DNA of 64,000 bases, taken from Ascidiella aspersa (taxonomy: Eukaryota). Shown here piece after piece: positions 1 to 13,062 of this stretch. Position numbers and translations under genes: made by a program. Positions within the stretch are counted from its first letter, which is position 1. Each line of letters opens with the position of its first letter. Where the stretch lies: assembly GCA_963924565.1 (NCBI GenBank), contig OZ004611.1:19964001-20028000 (forward strand), read 5' to 3'. The notes under the pieces are model-generated. The model was not told where the DNA came from, did no database searches, and saw only the letters and a list, made by a program, of their open reading frames with translations.

Positions 1-625
1 GTAATGCACAAATATGAAACTGAAAACCTGGTTTAAATACATTCTAGGAGATGGTGGGCTGGCCTGGGGAAAAAATGACATGGCATGGTAAAAATAGAAC
101 ATTTTTTTACCGATTTTGCCCGCAAGGCGAAACTTTCCGACTTACCTACACCACTGATGTTATGACGAGACCGTGTGCTATGTCAAAGCGACCAATCACA
201 ATCGAAGGGTTTTGCGTTATCAAATGACAAGACTTGTCTTTACTATGAATATGTGTATAGTACCAACTAAAGTTAGATACATGTGTACACAGAGCTAATC
301 TGGTGTTCCGCAAGGAATATCAAAGTACACATGACATCTACTACTATTAAAACGAGAATTTACCTGTTTTAAAACAGCCGAAAACGAAAAGCAATGAAGG
401 CTAACAGCTCATAGGACTGTACGATGACATGTCGTCTGTTAAAATCTATAGGCCACTTTAAAATACTAAAAACGCGATTGAAATAACACAGTGATAAATC
501 AGTTGTGTCTAAGTAACGCATATTGCTAAAAGGAACGTTGATTGAAAGGTGAACTGCTTCTTTCTACTGTAGCACACATACGCCTTATTTTCAGTTTACA
601 AATTTGTGAGTTTTCGTATGTTTAG

Positions 626-3600
626 GTCGTCTACTTTACAGCCACGTTTCCCTACATCATTCTTATTATTCTGCTGATCCGCGGTTGTACGCTAGAGGGC
701 GCCCTCGACGGAATTATCTTCTACGTGAAACCGGAGTGGGACAGACTTGCCGACCCAAACGTGAGTTTAATAAGTTTTTTGTTGTTTGACACCTTGTGTC
801 AGCATTATTGGCGCCAGTACAAACTATTTTGGTACGGAGGCGATGCACAGTTCAATAGAGTACAAACTTTTTTCCGTATAGGCTGAAAAACGAACCTCAA
901 AGGAAAAACAAAATCGATATGTACTTTTAAGAGATGCTTGTTTCTGGTTAACATATTTATTAACCCATGATGAAATCGTAGACGTAGACGGTCAAATTTT
1001 AGAAAAACTTTAAAACTAATGAAATAAATATTTTTGAAAGCATAATTATTACGGCAATTTTCGAAGCAAAACAAACGTTCCGTTACATTTTTGTTATAGT
1101 AGTCAAATTTATTTTTTACTTTTCACATTTTGACTGCGCTGTGTACTTGTGTAAAGTTTTTCTTCTTAAATATATTTACAAATCTTCGTTTAGGTTTGGA
1201 GCGCGGCAGCCACGCAGATCTTCTACTCACTTGGCGTATCTTTTGGTGGCCTCCTGACTTTTGCCTCTTACAGCGAATTTAACAACAATATTTTTAGGTA
1301 CATGTATACTATAACGTTACAGGCTGCAAGTTGATTTATTAACTTATTAAGATTGCCATTGTTGCTAATAGCGTCGCTTTAGAACAGTGGTTCTCACACT
1401 ATTTTGTCTTGCGGCACACTATAGGAATATTAAAACATATTCGCGACGCACTTCCTACAAAGCAATAAAATCATAACTTGAGAATTTGCCCCTCTTAGAA
1501 GGGTGCCTTATTTGGAACAGTATACACACTTTTACGTTTACTGAAGAACTTGTACACTCCAATCCACGTAATACACTGAACTCATAGAAACATTCAACCT
1601 GTTGTACTGCAAAAATAGCTATTAACCCTTATGAAGAACTAGCTAAGACCTCGCGGCAACGATTATCCAGATAAATATTTGGTTATGATGTCACATATGG
1701 TATATAGTATTTACAAGCTACGTAAGCTTAAATACATGTTGTGCCATGTATTGTACACTCCAATCAGTAAAAAATTGACGAGTGCTGTGTTCTTCAAACC
1801 TGAACAACACTTTCGTTTGCGCCCGTAGAGATACGATGATCGTTTCGGTGGGCAACTGCGCCACCAGCATCTTCGCCGGTTTCGTCATCTTTTCTGTGAT
1901 TGGCCATATGGCGTTTAAGCTCGACCAACCAGTGAGCAGCGTGATCGACACCGGGCCAGGCCTAGCCTTTATCGCCTATCCGCAAGCGGTCGCCCTTCTA
2001 CCAGCTCCACAGCTTTGGTCGATTCTGTTTTTCTTTATGCTACTGACGCTGGGCCTGGACAGTCAGGTGATTAGATTATTGTTCCCGTTGTTGAGCGCGT
2101 GTTTAAAGAATCTTGCTCACGCAAAGCTCTTTTAAAGCAGACAAATCATTTAAGATTGACTTAAAATATTGCCTATTTATTGGTGGCGGTCGATATAAAG
2201 ACATAACTAAATCGCGTATTATTCCTTCATAAAAAGCACATAAATTACTGAACAAGAGGTTTTACCTATACAAGCTATGTTTCTCGACCTAAAGTCATTA
2301 TGTTTTTGCATGTATTATGTTGTCAGAACACTCAAGTAGCTAAACAAATTGTGGTTTATGTTTTCGTTTTACTGGACCTGGATAAAAATCGTTGTAAATT
2401 GGGGCGTTATTTTTCAGGTGCGTATTTTTATTTATTTATTTATTTTTTAACCGTGGCTGTGACAGTGTGACAGCATTCATCGAATACATTAACGAGGCAT
2501 TTTTACGCTATGCATAAAATGGCCAAAATCTGAAACATTTTTTGTGTTTTCGATTAAACCAGTTGAAGTATGACGTCACAAAATATAAATACCACATGGT
2601 GAATTACTTAGTACGGGCCACTCGGTCATAGAGAATACCATAAAGAGGAATATTCCAATTAATCATGGTAAATAAGCTATGACTCTAAGGCATTGTAATT
2701 TTGTTTGAGCTTGCGTTCTGAAGCATAATTGTATCTATCAATGTTTCGCCAAATTGAACAATAAAACAGCCTCAATAACTATTGGCATTTATTTTGACTT
2801 AGTTCGCTATGTTGGAGACCATCGTTACTGGCCTTATTGATGAGTTCCCTGCCCAGCTTCGAAAGAGAAAGATGTTTCTCACTCTGGGAATTTGCGTCGT
2901 TGCATTTCTCATGGGCCTGATTATCGTAACCGAGGTAAACCAGATGTTTAAACCTTTGTTTTGGATAGAAATGTGGTGAGTGTACGGCAATGCATATAAA
3001 TTTGTAAAATGGAAAGTTAAATGACAATTCATCGCGTCCATATAACTTGTTGCCGTGTGAATTAAAAGTCTTAAAAAAAATTCTGTGAATTTTTTTTACG
3101 ATATTTAAGAATGGTTTACACCACTTTACCACTTATTTTCAGGGAGGAATATATTGGTTTGAGCTGTACAACTACTATTCTGGCTATTACGGGATACTCT
3201 TCTTATCAGTAACGGTGGTCGTCACATTGAACTGGGGTTACGGTAAATATATTGAAATAATAAAACTTGAATTCAATTCGAAATGTTTATGATAATATAC
3301 ACGATGTGATTCCGGTTTGTAAGTATATATTAATGAAGCAAAGCTGTAACCTTATGACGAACGGCTAAGAAATGATCATGTAACCTACATTTGGCAACAA
3401 TTTTACCAAAAACGAAAATTTAACAAACTTTCTGTAAACTTAAGGCATGATATCAGTATATTGTGGTATATCAAGGAAACAACCTCAATTGCAGTGCAAG
3501 TTATTTATAATCACCAGTTTCAATATTTTACAGGTTTTTTCTTTACTTATCCGTGGAGATTTAACAAGGACATCAAATTGATGATAGGGTTTGAGCCAAA

Positions 3601-5814
3601 CTGGTATTTCAAGTTGACTTGGTCTTTTATCACTCCGGCTTCAATTTTGGTAATTTTTATAAGACTGTGAGCTGCATTTAAGTTTATGTTGGTTTCATTT
3701 AGGGTTAATTACTCACTTTTGATTCACATTGGTAAGTCGTGTGCTTTGGGCATTTTAAAGTCACACCAAGCAGCAGTAGCGTCAAACATAAAATAGTATA
3801 CACTACACAGCCCATTTTTATTTTTATTAGGTTTAAGTTTTATTTTTTAAATAACTTTTTACAGTTGTATTTTAAAGTATGTGCCCTTCATGAAGGGCAA
3901 CTGAATGACTTAATCAATATTTCCGTATACAGTAGATAAAGATATTGTAGAAACAGCAATGGTTTCTTGCGAAGCATTAACAGTGTACAGCCTTAAAAGT
4001 CTGAATGATGTATGCAAGCACTTCGAACCCTCTGGCGGGGCTACTGACTCTAATGTTGCACTCTAAAGCATTTATTTTTTCGTTTAGTTTTTGCTCATCT
4101 ACGGAGGTGTCTACGCCAGTCGCATAACGTACAACGATTACGTGTACCCCAAGTGGGCCGACGACCTCGGTATTTGCATGAGCGTGTCCTGTGCGGCCTG
4201 CATTCCCATCTACGCCGTCTTCAGGATCGCACTGGCTTACAAACGGGGCGAAAACATTGCGGACGTATGTATTTCGCTGTCATTTTAGCGCTCAAATAAC
4301 CAATTGACCTTAATTAAAATTCATTGAGATGGCAATTCATAATTTGCTTTGTTCCACACGTCTTAACTTGACAATAACGAAAATTTGTTGTATTGCAGTC
4401 AAACTAAAATTTCGAAACCTCACTTGTTTAAGGAATGTGAAAGCTTTAATTGTGAGGCCTTTGATGTTAACTGATGCGCAATAAAAAGTTTTCTAGTTTA
4501 TTAGGACATTTGCTGTTTATTTACGTTATTTTTCACAATTCTTTTTTCACAAGTCTTTATTTTTTTAGGATAAGACCTTTGTATTAGATATATAAATAAA
4601 AACAACAGCTCTTCTGGTAATTTTAATTCTTTACCAACGTTTCGGCAACCTATGCAAGCCGCTTTCGTCAGGGTGAATGACACTAAACGCATGTACAATA
4701 AATGGAAAACACACCAAGGAAAAAAAGGCAGAAAAATCGCGAGCAACGAAACGATAAGAAAATAGTTAGCGATAGTGTTTGGCCTCTAGTCCAGTGGTTC
4801 TCAACCTTTTATGCTTCGTGGCCCCCTTTAAAAGGCTCCCAACTCTCGTGGCCCCCCTGCTCATAAAAGTGCCTATAGCTTTGTATTTAACGTGTTTTCA
4901 ATTGTTTTACTTCTCGTTTTTCAATGGAATGCTTGTTTTGCAACTTAACGCCCTCTAAGGAAATATCTTTACCTGGCATTACACGTTAGTTGCTCGCCCA
5001 ACTGCATTTAACGGACACGGAAAAGACGCCAACGCCGCATACATGGATGCATTTGAACCTGCAGCACAGTGATTCTTACGCCACAGCGATAGGCTGCGTT
5101 AATCCAAATTTTCCGCTATAAAACGACTACATTTTTCTCGTTTTCAATTACCGGATATAAACGGAAAATTTTTTGTAATACCATGATCTAGGTTGAGAGT
5201 TATGCCCGTGGCCCCCCAAGCACCGCTCCGTGGCCCCCCGAGGGGGGCCGAGGGCCACGGTTGAGAAACCCTGCTCTAGTCCTTCAGCAGGTGCCGAAAC
5301 GTTGGTAAAGAATTTAAATTACCAGAGGAGCCGTTTTTTTATTTATATTACCATGCCTGTGAAACAGTTTACACTTTGTGTCAGAGGTTTTAAATAAATT
5401 AATCAAATTGTTTATCAACACGCCAACACTTGCCTAATTACAATATCAACACGCCAACACTTGCCTAATTAGGTGTACACTAAAATACTGACTGACAACT
5501 GTTTTAGTATGTGTGCTATATTAAAACAATAACATTGTGCACTTGTTCAACTCTTGTCTGTTCGCGGTCTGTGTTCAAAGTTCGTGAACGCGGTGATCAT
5601 CATGAGTTTTAATAGTGTTTAAAACTGTGTGTTGCTATGTTTTGTTCAGCTCTTTAAACCCAGTCCGCGATGGGGCCCGTCTGATGCAACTATTCCATAC
5701 GATCATCTTACCGGAGCCCAGGATGCCAAGATGATGACCTTCGACAGTCCGCATGTGGTTGACGACAACTTTGTGGAGCCATTCCCTGTCGAAACACTGA
5801 AAACTCATTTGTAA
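626..5814 (+). CDS. SLC6 (SNF family) Na+/Cl--dependent amino-acid transporter, PROT/GlyT subfamily; 3' part only (TM5 to C-terminus)
   Basis: AG/GT-bounded, phase-consistent exons: 626-760, 1194-1297, 1829-2066, 2803-2934, 3143-3242, 3534-3649, 4088-4264, 5650-5814 (TAA). Motifs [50 protein letters not shown]. The 5' exons lie upstream of the window. Confidence 0.95.
4630..4677 (-). ncRNA. Minimal type I hammerhead ribozyme-like motif
   Basis: Minus strand reads ttcacc-CTGACGA-a-agcggc-ttgcatag-gttgcc-GAAA-C-GTT-ggtaaa: core, stem II, NUH triplet and stem I pairing all present. Confidence 0.6.
4792..5273. mobile_element. Non-autonomous hAT MITE
   Basis: TIRs cagtggttctcaacc / ggttgagaaaccctg; perfect 8-bp TSD CTCTAGTC at 4784-4791 and 5274-5281. 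Confidence 0.9.
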
Positions 5815-7342
5815 AGTCCATGCGTATTGGCATAGGGAGTTGTAGGCTGTTTTTTTCGCATCGGCATAGTTTTAATATGCCAAACCGTGACGTTTTTCTT
5901 TGCGTAGTTACTGTTAATTAGCCCATTCGTATTTGTATGCTATAGTCGCCAATCTAATTTGGCGAAGAAAATCCAGGAACGTTGTATTGACAAATTATAA
6001 GCATAATATCGTAATAGTGTATCCGTATTAAAAAGATACATATTTGTTAATTCTCGGGAGATTTTTAGGCGTTATTTAGCACTTTGGTTTTTACTATATT
6101 CGCGGAGGTTCGTATTGGGGAAATGTAGGTTCACGAAATAAAGTCTGTTGTATAACTTTGTGCTACCCATAAAAAACAATTAATACAATGTTACTTCATT
6201 CTGTATTTATAGCATGGGTTTCTACACCTTCTATAACTGTACACTAATATTTGAAGCTGATTCCAACATGCTTTCCAACGGTGTAATGCTATACACGGCT
6301 AATTCTGGGTGTTTTATGAACATGTTTGCAAATATGTCTTGAATATACGTAGAGCATTTACCACTGATTTGTAGTGCATTATTAGATTTTTAAAGCAAAT
6401 CTAAAGTTTTGTTCATGGATAGGTATAGATTATGGTAATATTATCAAGTAGGCCTATAGATTTTGCTATTATGAAACGTTCCCGAATAACACACGGGAAA
6501 TTTACAAACTCATCAGGATAAAACCTCAATAGCCTAAAAACCTAAAACTGCAGGGAGTGGGTATGGGACAATCAGGGGTGCACCGCACTGATATCGGCCG
6601 TTTTGTGATCGATGTTTGGGTGCCCTAGTTTAAATAGTTCTGTTCGGGTGCCACTGTTTTGGCCCCGGACTGTTTGCAGCCGTTTAGCGTCAGGGGTGGG
6701 CAGGGAGTAGGGTCAGGGGTGGGCGGAGCTAGGATTTTTATTTTGGGGGGCCACGAAAACTTTTAGGATGACGTCACACACGCAGGCTCAGTGGAGCGAG
6801 TCGAGTAACAACCATGACACCAATGCTTGATACATTCTCTTAGTTAAGCAACATTGAAGGGGGTCTACATCGATCGACAGATTCGGTTAGTCTGCGATGG
6901 CTTTCGGTGTACTACCTAAAACAATGTTAAGCCAGATTTGATGCCACAAATGCCCTGACACGAAGGGTAAATATGGATCGTGCAAGGACGTTTTTCTTCT
7001 GGCATTTGTTTGGTTGTGTCGTGTTGAACTAAAATTATTGCAAAACAAGCAGTTCTGGCGGTAATCTAGTTATTTCTTTCAATAAATCATGAAAGAATTC
7101 AAATCAAGTTTAATTACGGAACTAAAATCTAGTTTTTGGTCTTTGGTCGCGAGTTGTTTAAATGTCTAAATTTGGTTCGCACTAAAAAACAGTTGAGGCT
7201 ACTACTGCCTTAGTTTTGTAGGATTTCCTCACTTGAAGTAAGTTTCGTTAACAAACAATGGACTTTTGTTATAATAGAAAGGTTAACAAAAGAGCCCGCT
7301 GAGCGCTTTAGATAAATACGCCATATTCCCGCCTACGTAATT

Positions 7343-7470
7343 GGAGCTGGCGTAGTCGTGTGGTTACTTCGCACCAATGGTTCAACACAATCGTCTGACA
7401 CGATCGTGCGCGGGTTCGATTCCCGCACACTCCCCACACCACTGACGCTGTCCGGCGCCTTTTGGCTGCT
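7343..7470 (+). mobile_element. tRNA-derived SINE
   Basis: A-box-like TGGCGTAGTCGTGTGG and B-box GGTTCGATTCC (7413-7423), followed by a tail (caccactgacgctgtccgg) shared with the copies at 12937 and 15092. No clean cloverleaf. Confidence 0.7.
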
Positions 7471-7987
7471 GTTTTACTCAACTCGCGTTCAACTATGAGT
7501 ACGTACCACTGCTTTAAATGGTTTTAACTCACACTAATAGAGAAAGTATCGTTTTCCCTGTATAATACAGGCCGATATAGTTCTCCAGAAAACTGTCAAC
7601 AAAGTTTATTCTGATTTTAGCAAGGGTGGTTAATACCTACCTCCTAAGTAACGGGGGAATATAGAATGCATTATTTAGGACAACAACTGGCTTTTTTCGG
7701 TAATTTTTTTGTTATTGAAGATTTTTGACATCATATTTCAATAAATACACAACTCTTAAATAACCGGCCGTCGAGTCAGGATTGCTTTTAAAGGGTGCAA
7801 TTAAAGGCTTTTTTGTGCATATCCATGAATTAAAAATATATATTTGATACCAAACACACACGAACCCTTCATACCAACGACGCTGTCCGCCGCCGTTTTG
7901 CCATTGGAAGTTTTGCTCTTGGTATCATTACTTTGTATTAGGCTACTGGTTACAACCAACAGAAAAATAAATCTTTTCTATTTAAAG

Positions 7988-9111
7988 CAGGGGCGGGCAA
8001 CATACGGCCCGCGGGCCAGACCCGGCCCACGACGAGATTTTGAGCGGCCCGCAGACAGTTTCTAGTGTTACATGATAATGTGGCCCACGGCCACATTCTG
8101 CCAAAATCCCCCACTACTTGCTTAGCCTACTACGTCAATTTATAGCGATTGTTTTTAATTTGTGTTTTTTCTTTGTTTTGGGTTGATTAAAAGAAATATT
8201 TTCCCATCGATTTGCCCAGAAACGTAAGTTTAAGGAGTGTCGCGAATTTAACAAGGATTGAATGCCCAAGTACTTTTTCACTCAAATCGGCAATAATCAG
8301 TATTTTCTTTAGAATAACAAAATCCGAATGGTGAAAAACAAATGATTCCGGTTGCACATTAATGAAAATAAAGAATGTTTGGATGTTAAGGGATAAATAT
8401 AATTCGCTAATAAAAGCATCATCAGTAGGGCGATTATTTTTTGACCTAAAAATATATTTTTTTGACAAAATTTTGACCTATTATAAATATATTGATTACC
8501 GCATATAAAACAACAGCATTAGTGTGTCTTGGTGTCGTCAACAACACGATTTTCATATTTTACTGACTATCGGTCGAACACAAATCACCTATTTTTTCGG
8601 GTTTATAAAAAATTATTGAAATCCTTAGTTGATATTTTTGTCATTTCAAAAAGTCAAACAACTATAAATTGCTGAAGGAAACAAAGTCAAGAGAAAAAAG
8701 ACAGCAAATACTGTTCAATACATTTGTCCAAATCAGAAATAAACAACTGTATAATGCAAAAACGAAGCTGAGCCTAATGCAATAAAGTTGGACAGGGTGG
8801 TTAATATTTGAAGCTCGCGTATATATAACACAGTTAAAAAGTGTTTTGACTTGAAATAATTTTGACTAAATTTTTTTTTCCCTAACGTGTAATTATTTAT
8901 CTCATAACATCTAAACAAACCGATTTTCGGTTTATAAAGTTGTACTTAGTTTATTCTTTAAGTCGGCAAAAAAATGTTGCCGTGTTTAACGAGTACAACG
9001 TTAGTCGCTATTATGCGACAAAACATGCAAGCTTTGGCAGTACTTAATCCGGCCCGCCAAGTACTTCATTTGGCCATATCTGGCCCGCCGACCGGAGAAA
9101 TTGCCCGCCTG
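7988..9111. mobile_element. Non-autonomous hAT element (Buster/SPIN/Charlie-like)
   Basis: TIRs caggggcgggcaa / ttgcccgcctg; TSD ATTTAAAG on both sides. Internal remnant near 8979-9029 translates AVFNEYNVSRYYATKHA, resembling the KEYNLRRHYETKH motif of SPIN/GTF2IRD2-type transposases. Confidence 0.85.
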
Positions 9112-10046
9112 ATTTAAAGTATCGCATTTAAAATAGAAGGCCTAAATATTTTTTACGGTGGGCATAACTAATTTTTAAATAGTTGACAGTATTGTGGTTT
9201 TACATTTTTTAAATTACGCTCAACTTTGGTGTAACAGCAATGAAAGGTAAAGCTTTTGTTGGTAAATGACGATGTGTTGCTGGTAGTTAGCGAATGGCAA
9301 TTCACTTGAGAATAGATGCCGGTACGTGTGCACGAGGCAAGTATTCGCAGTGGCGTGTCTGAAACAAGGCAATTTGCCGATTACCTGCAGCTGTGGAATG
9401 CGTAGCAAGATGCTCGCAGTCTACAGTTAATCACTCAACAGTCAACACAAGACAAGTTTTGTTTTTATAACCACTCCAACGAATAGCCAGTATTTAACGT
9501 AGTTATGTAATGAGTGTGTTAAACGGAAAGTTCTTTAACAAAAAAAAAGTCTACAAAAGCATTCAGATTCCCGACATTCATCGCCTACGCAAGATTTCGA
9601 TCTACGAAGTAAAATACCAAGGTTTGTACTTTATCGACTGTAGTTAAATGAAATTTGCCTTTCACTGAGAAAAACTGCAATTTCTTGAAATGCCAAACTT
9701 TGACAAGTCCAAAGTAAGAGAATTACAGGTGAACCGGGTAAAAGCATTTTAGTTGGTGATAATAATCGCGTGCATATGCACATTGAAGCAAGTTATGAAC
9801 AGAGCCTACTATAAAATTTAAACATTAAGGGTGTTTTTCGCAAGCGAGAAAAAAACTCATGACTAACGCGACTAACGCGTAGGTACATTACGTTATATTA
9901 TATCGTCACAATGCACAGATTTTAGATTCAATTCGGACTGCAAGAACAAATATTTTGCAACATCATTTATACCCCAAACATTTTTAACACTGCTTCGATT
10001 TTCCACATTTAATTACAGATTTAAAAGCCTGTTTTGTAATATAGGG

Positions 10047-11697
10047 CAGTGCTTCTTAAACTTTTTTAGTTTCGTTCACCCTTAGCATCTATTTCCAGAA
10101 TTCATTCACCCTTGTCTCATGATATGATAAAATGATTAAACTATCTCGTCTATATATAACAGCACAAAATGACTTAGATTGTTTTGATTTTTGTTAAGAT
10201 CAACTCCAGCTAAGTTTTACAATTGCAAATCTACAATTTCTCGAGTCCAGAAATATAAAGCAACAAAAGCACAAAACAAAGTCACCAAATTGTTGTACCT
10301 ATACTAGGGATACCATATTTTTAGCACCCAAAAATAGGACATATTTTTGCCTGCAAGTAAAACGAAAATAGAATTGTTACGTTTGAGAAATACGTGCCAT
10401 ATCCACAAAATTTTTCAGCAGCGACTGAAAAATTTTGACTGAAAAACAGCAGCGACTGAAGCAGCGACACCCTTTGTAATTTTCCTATGACTTGCATCCC
10501 TACGAAAAGCAATTCGAAATTTTTATTTAAATTTCACTGAGGCAACTTGAAAATAGTGAAATTTGTTGTCGGTTCGATTTAATTGGTTGAATTGGCGCTA
10601 CACTGTAAATCCGGAGGATTTTGCAAAACATTTCGTCCCCCTGTTGCTAGCCTGGTATCCAATTATATAAAATATGAATAAAAAATAGTTCAAACAGTGG
10701 ATGACTTTTATCGTTTATCTATAAGTTAGAAAAATTATAATTAAATAGGGCCGTTATAGCATCGATGATATGAAAACATGAAATGGCACTCAAAGAGACT
10801 TTGTGCTCAACAAAGTAATAACAGAAAATTCACAAATTTTTTTTGGTAGTTTTTATGTTAAAGTTGGCAAAAACAGAGTTTGTTCAGCGCTGTAGAAGTG
10901 GTGTACAACCAAAACGAAAACGATACCATTAGAATCATAGCAAGAAGTTTGGCGCTCTTTCACTATTGTACGTAATAAAAAAAAAAACTTTCTTGAAATG
11001 CCGCATACCACAACGCATATTGTTTGGGTTAGGGTGCGGGTTAGCGTTTGGTTGAGGGTGGGTCTTGTTATTATTAATAATAAGCATAATATTACTTTAC
11101 CCACCTCACCCAAACGCTAACCCGCACCCTAACCCAAACAATACTCGTTGTGGTATGCGGTATTGTTTTGTTTTGTTTTTTGCATAACTTTTCACGTACA
11201 TAAGTGAAAGAGCGCCCGAAATTTAAATATTAACTTTTTCAGAGCCCGCCTCCCCTCTTACGAATTGTTTGAAGCCCCCCTAGAAACCCTTTTTAAACCA
11301 GCAATTCAGCATCTTTCGTGGCTTAAGTATTTTTTGGAAATAAATACAACCTGTCGCCTAAAAGTTTTATTAGAAGTATAAGCAACTAACTCGAAATGCG
11401 AAAAAAGAGGACATTTGGACATTTCAGTTTTCGAAAAGGGGATAAATCCTCCTTAAAGAGGACATTTGGTAGGCCTAACTTATACACTCAGTGCAAACCA
11501 ACTTAAATATTACAATAAGCAAAAAAACACCAAAAAACAACAGTTCAGTAGTCGATTTACTTCAGAAAGTTGTTTACTAGTGACTATAGGATGCTCCTGA
11601 ACTTTCGTACACCGTTATTCACCCCTTTTGGTTGGTTCACCCCTGCAAAAATTTTATTCACCCTGGGGTGAACCATTCACCACTTTAAGAAACACTG
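10047..11697. mobile_element. Non-autonomous hAT element (1.65 kb) with ttcaccc subterminal repeats
   Basis: TIRs cagtgcttcttaaa / tttaagaaacactg; TSD ATATAGGG at 10039-10046 and 11698-11705. A related 3' end lies at about 25390-25541. Confidence 0.85.
10951..11216. mobile_element. Palindromic (foldback) MITE with ggttag-type repeats, nested in the hAT element
   Basis: Long inverted arms ggcgctctttcact...gggttagggtgcgggttagcgtttg / caaacgctaacccgcaccctaaccc...agtgaaagagcgcc. Confidence 0.8.
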
Positions 11698-11729
11698 ATA
11701 TAGGGAACTTAGAACGCTTTCCCCTATGT

Positions 11730-12096
11730 CAGGGGCGGGCAATTTCTCCGGTTGGCGGGCATGATATGGGAAAATGAAGTACTTGGCGGGCCGGATCGCA
11801 TAATGGCGGCCAATCTTGTACTCGTTAAGCATGGCCACACTTTCATTGCACATTAAACGTACTGATTACTTCCCGACTTGAAGAATAAACTAAGTGTAGT
11901 ACTTAGTAAACCGAAAATCAATTTGTTTGGAATTTGAGGTTATAAGATAACAATATTTCGCTGCTATGAAAGCATGAAGCATAATGATTTTATTAGCGAA
12001 ATGTGGCAAAATGTGGCCGCGGACCACAATATCATTTAAGGCCTGAAAATGTCTGCTGGAAATCCTGTCCCGCAGGCCGTTTGTTGCCCGCCCCTG
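11730..12096. mobile_element. hAT MITE of the same family as 7988-9111, opposite orientation; duplicated at about 13821-14214
   Basis: TIRs caggggcgggcaa / ttgcccgcccctg; TSD CCCTATGT at 11722-11729 and 12097-12104. Confidence 0.9.
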
Positions 12097-12936
12097 CCCT
12101 ATGTAGTAGCAGATTTATCTTTCAGTGTCATTTATGGAAGGAGGTTGTGTTTCGAAATTAAGAGCAATTTTTGCCCATTTTCTTTAACAAAAAAGCTCTG
12201 TTAGCAGTGACCTGGTATTTAAATTTTGACCGTGAACCGTCAACATAAAATTTTGGCTAGAATCCTCCATATTTACACTATGATCATAAATCTGCAACAC
12301 ACTATCAAAGACAACTTGTTACAATTACAACCTACTGTTTTAATCGGATAACCAAACAAAAAAGATGTAGCCTACATGTTTTTATGCTTAGGCTACGACT
12401 ACGTCTAATCCTAACTTTATATAGTCATAGGTTAGTTTTCAAATTTAGCACAGAATGTAAGGCAACAAATGTTTTTCTTATTTACGCAAAACAGCAGTTT
12501 TATAAGTTTTTTCAATTCATTTTCGAGATTAAGTATTTTAGTACACCTGGAAAATACACCACTAACCGGATGTCATATGAGTGTATAATCGCATGACATA
12601 AGAAATTAAAAGCTCCAAACGAAAATATTTGCGCGTACCACAGAAAAATGCATCAGAGATGAGGTAAATGTCCTAAACTTTCGATTAGAAACACAAGTCT
12701 TAAATGCTTTAAATCAATTTGGAAGGAATATTCACGTAAACAAAGGGTAAGCTTTTTACCAATAAAACCGATTCGACAAAACGCTAGTATGACGTGTACT
12801 GTATCTCCGATTCTTGGAAGGAGTTTTTATTTTGAAGGATAATTTTGGTGAAAGTTATATACAACAACTCGTATATTTGCGGCGACGCGCGCAGCATAGC
12901 CTGAATTTATATACCTCGTTTTCACCGTGATATGTT

Positions 12937-13062
12937 GGCGCTGGCTTAGTCGCGTGGTTACTTCGACTTTACATGGTTAACACGAATGCGATCAAGCGCT
13001 TGTGCGCGGGTTCGATTCCCGCACGCTCCCACACCACTGACGCTGTCCGGTGCCTTTTGCCA
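12937..13062 (+). mobile_element. tRNA-derived SINE
   Basis: A-box-like and B-box (GGTTCGATTCC) motifs; homologous to 7343-7470. Confidence 0.7.

Larger units (their letters stand above)
4598..5343. mobile_element. Penelope-like terminal-repeat relic with inverted ends, interrupted by a hAT MITE
   Basis: About 50-bp imperfect inverted repeats at 4598-4648 and 5293-5343 (ctggtaattttaattctttaccaacgtttcggca / tgccgaaacgttggtaaagaatttaaattaccag). Hammerhead core on the minus strand. Confidence 0.6.

Noticed and set aside
9220-9430. GC-richer, Cys-containing patch that looks exon-like
   Set aside because: Stops occur in the candidate frames and no consistent splice sites or family could be assigned.
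11025-11137. Telomere-like ggttag/ctaacc motifs
   Set aside because: Only a few degenerate units within a foldback MITE; not an interstitial telomere array.
12937-13030. tRNA gene (also at 7343 and 15092)
   Set aside because: Has a B-box and T-arm but no convincing acceptor, D or anticodon stems. Copies are diverged and share a non-tRNA tail, so it is a SINE.
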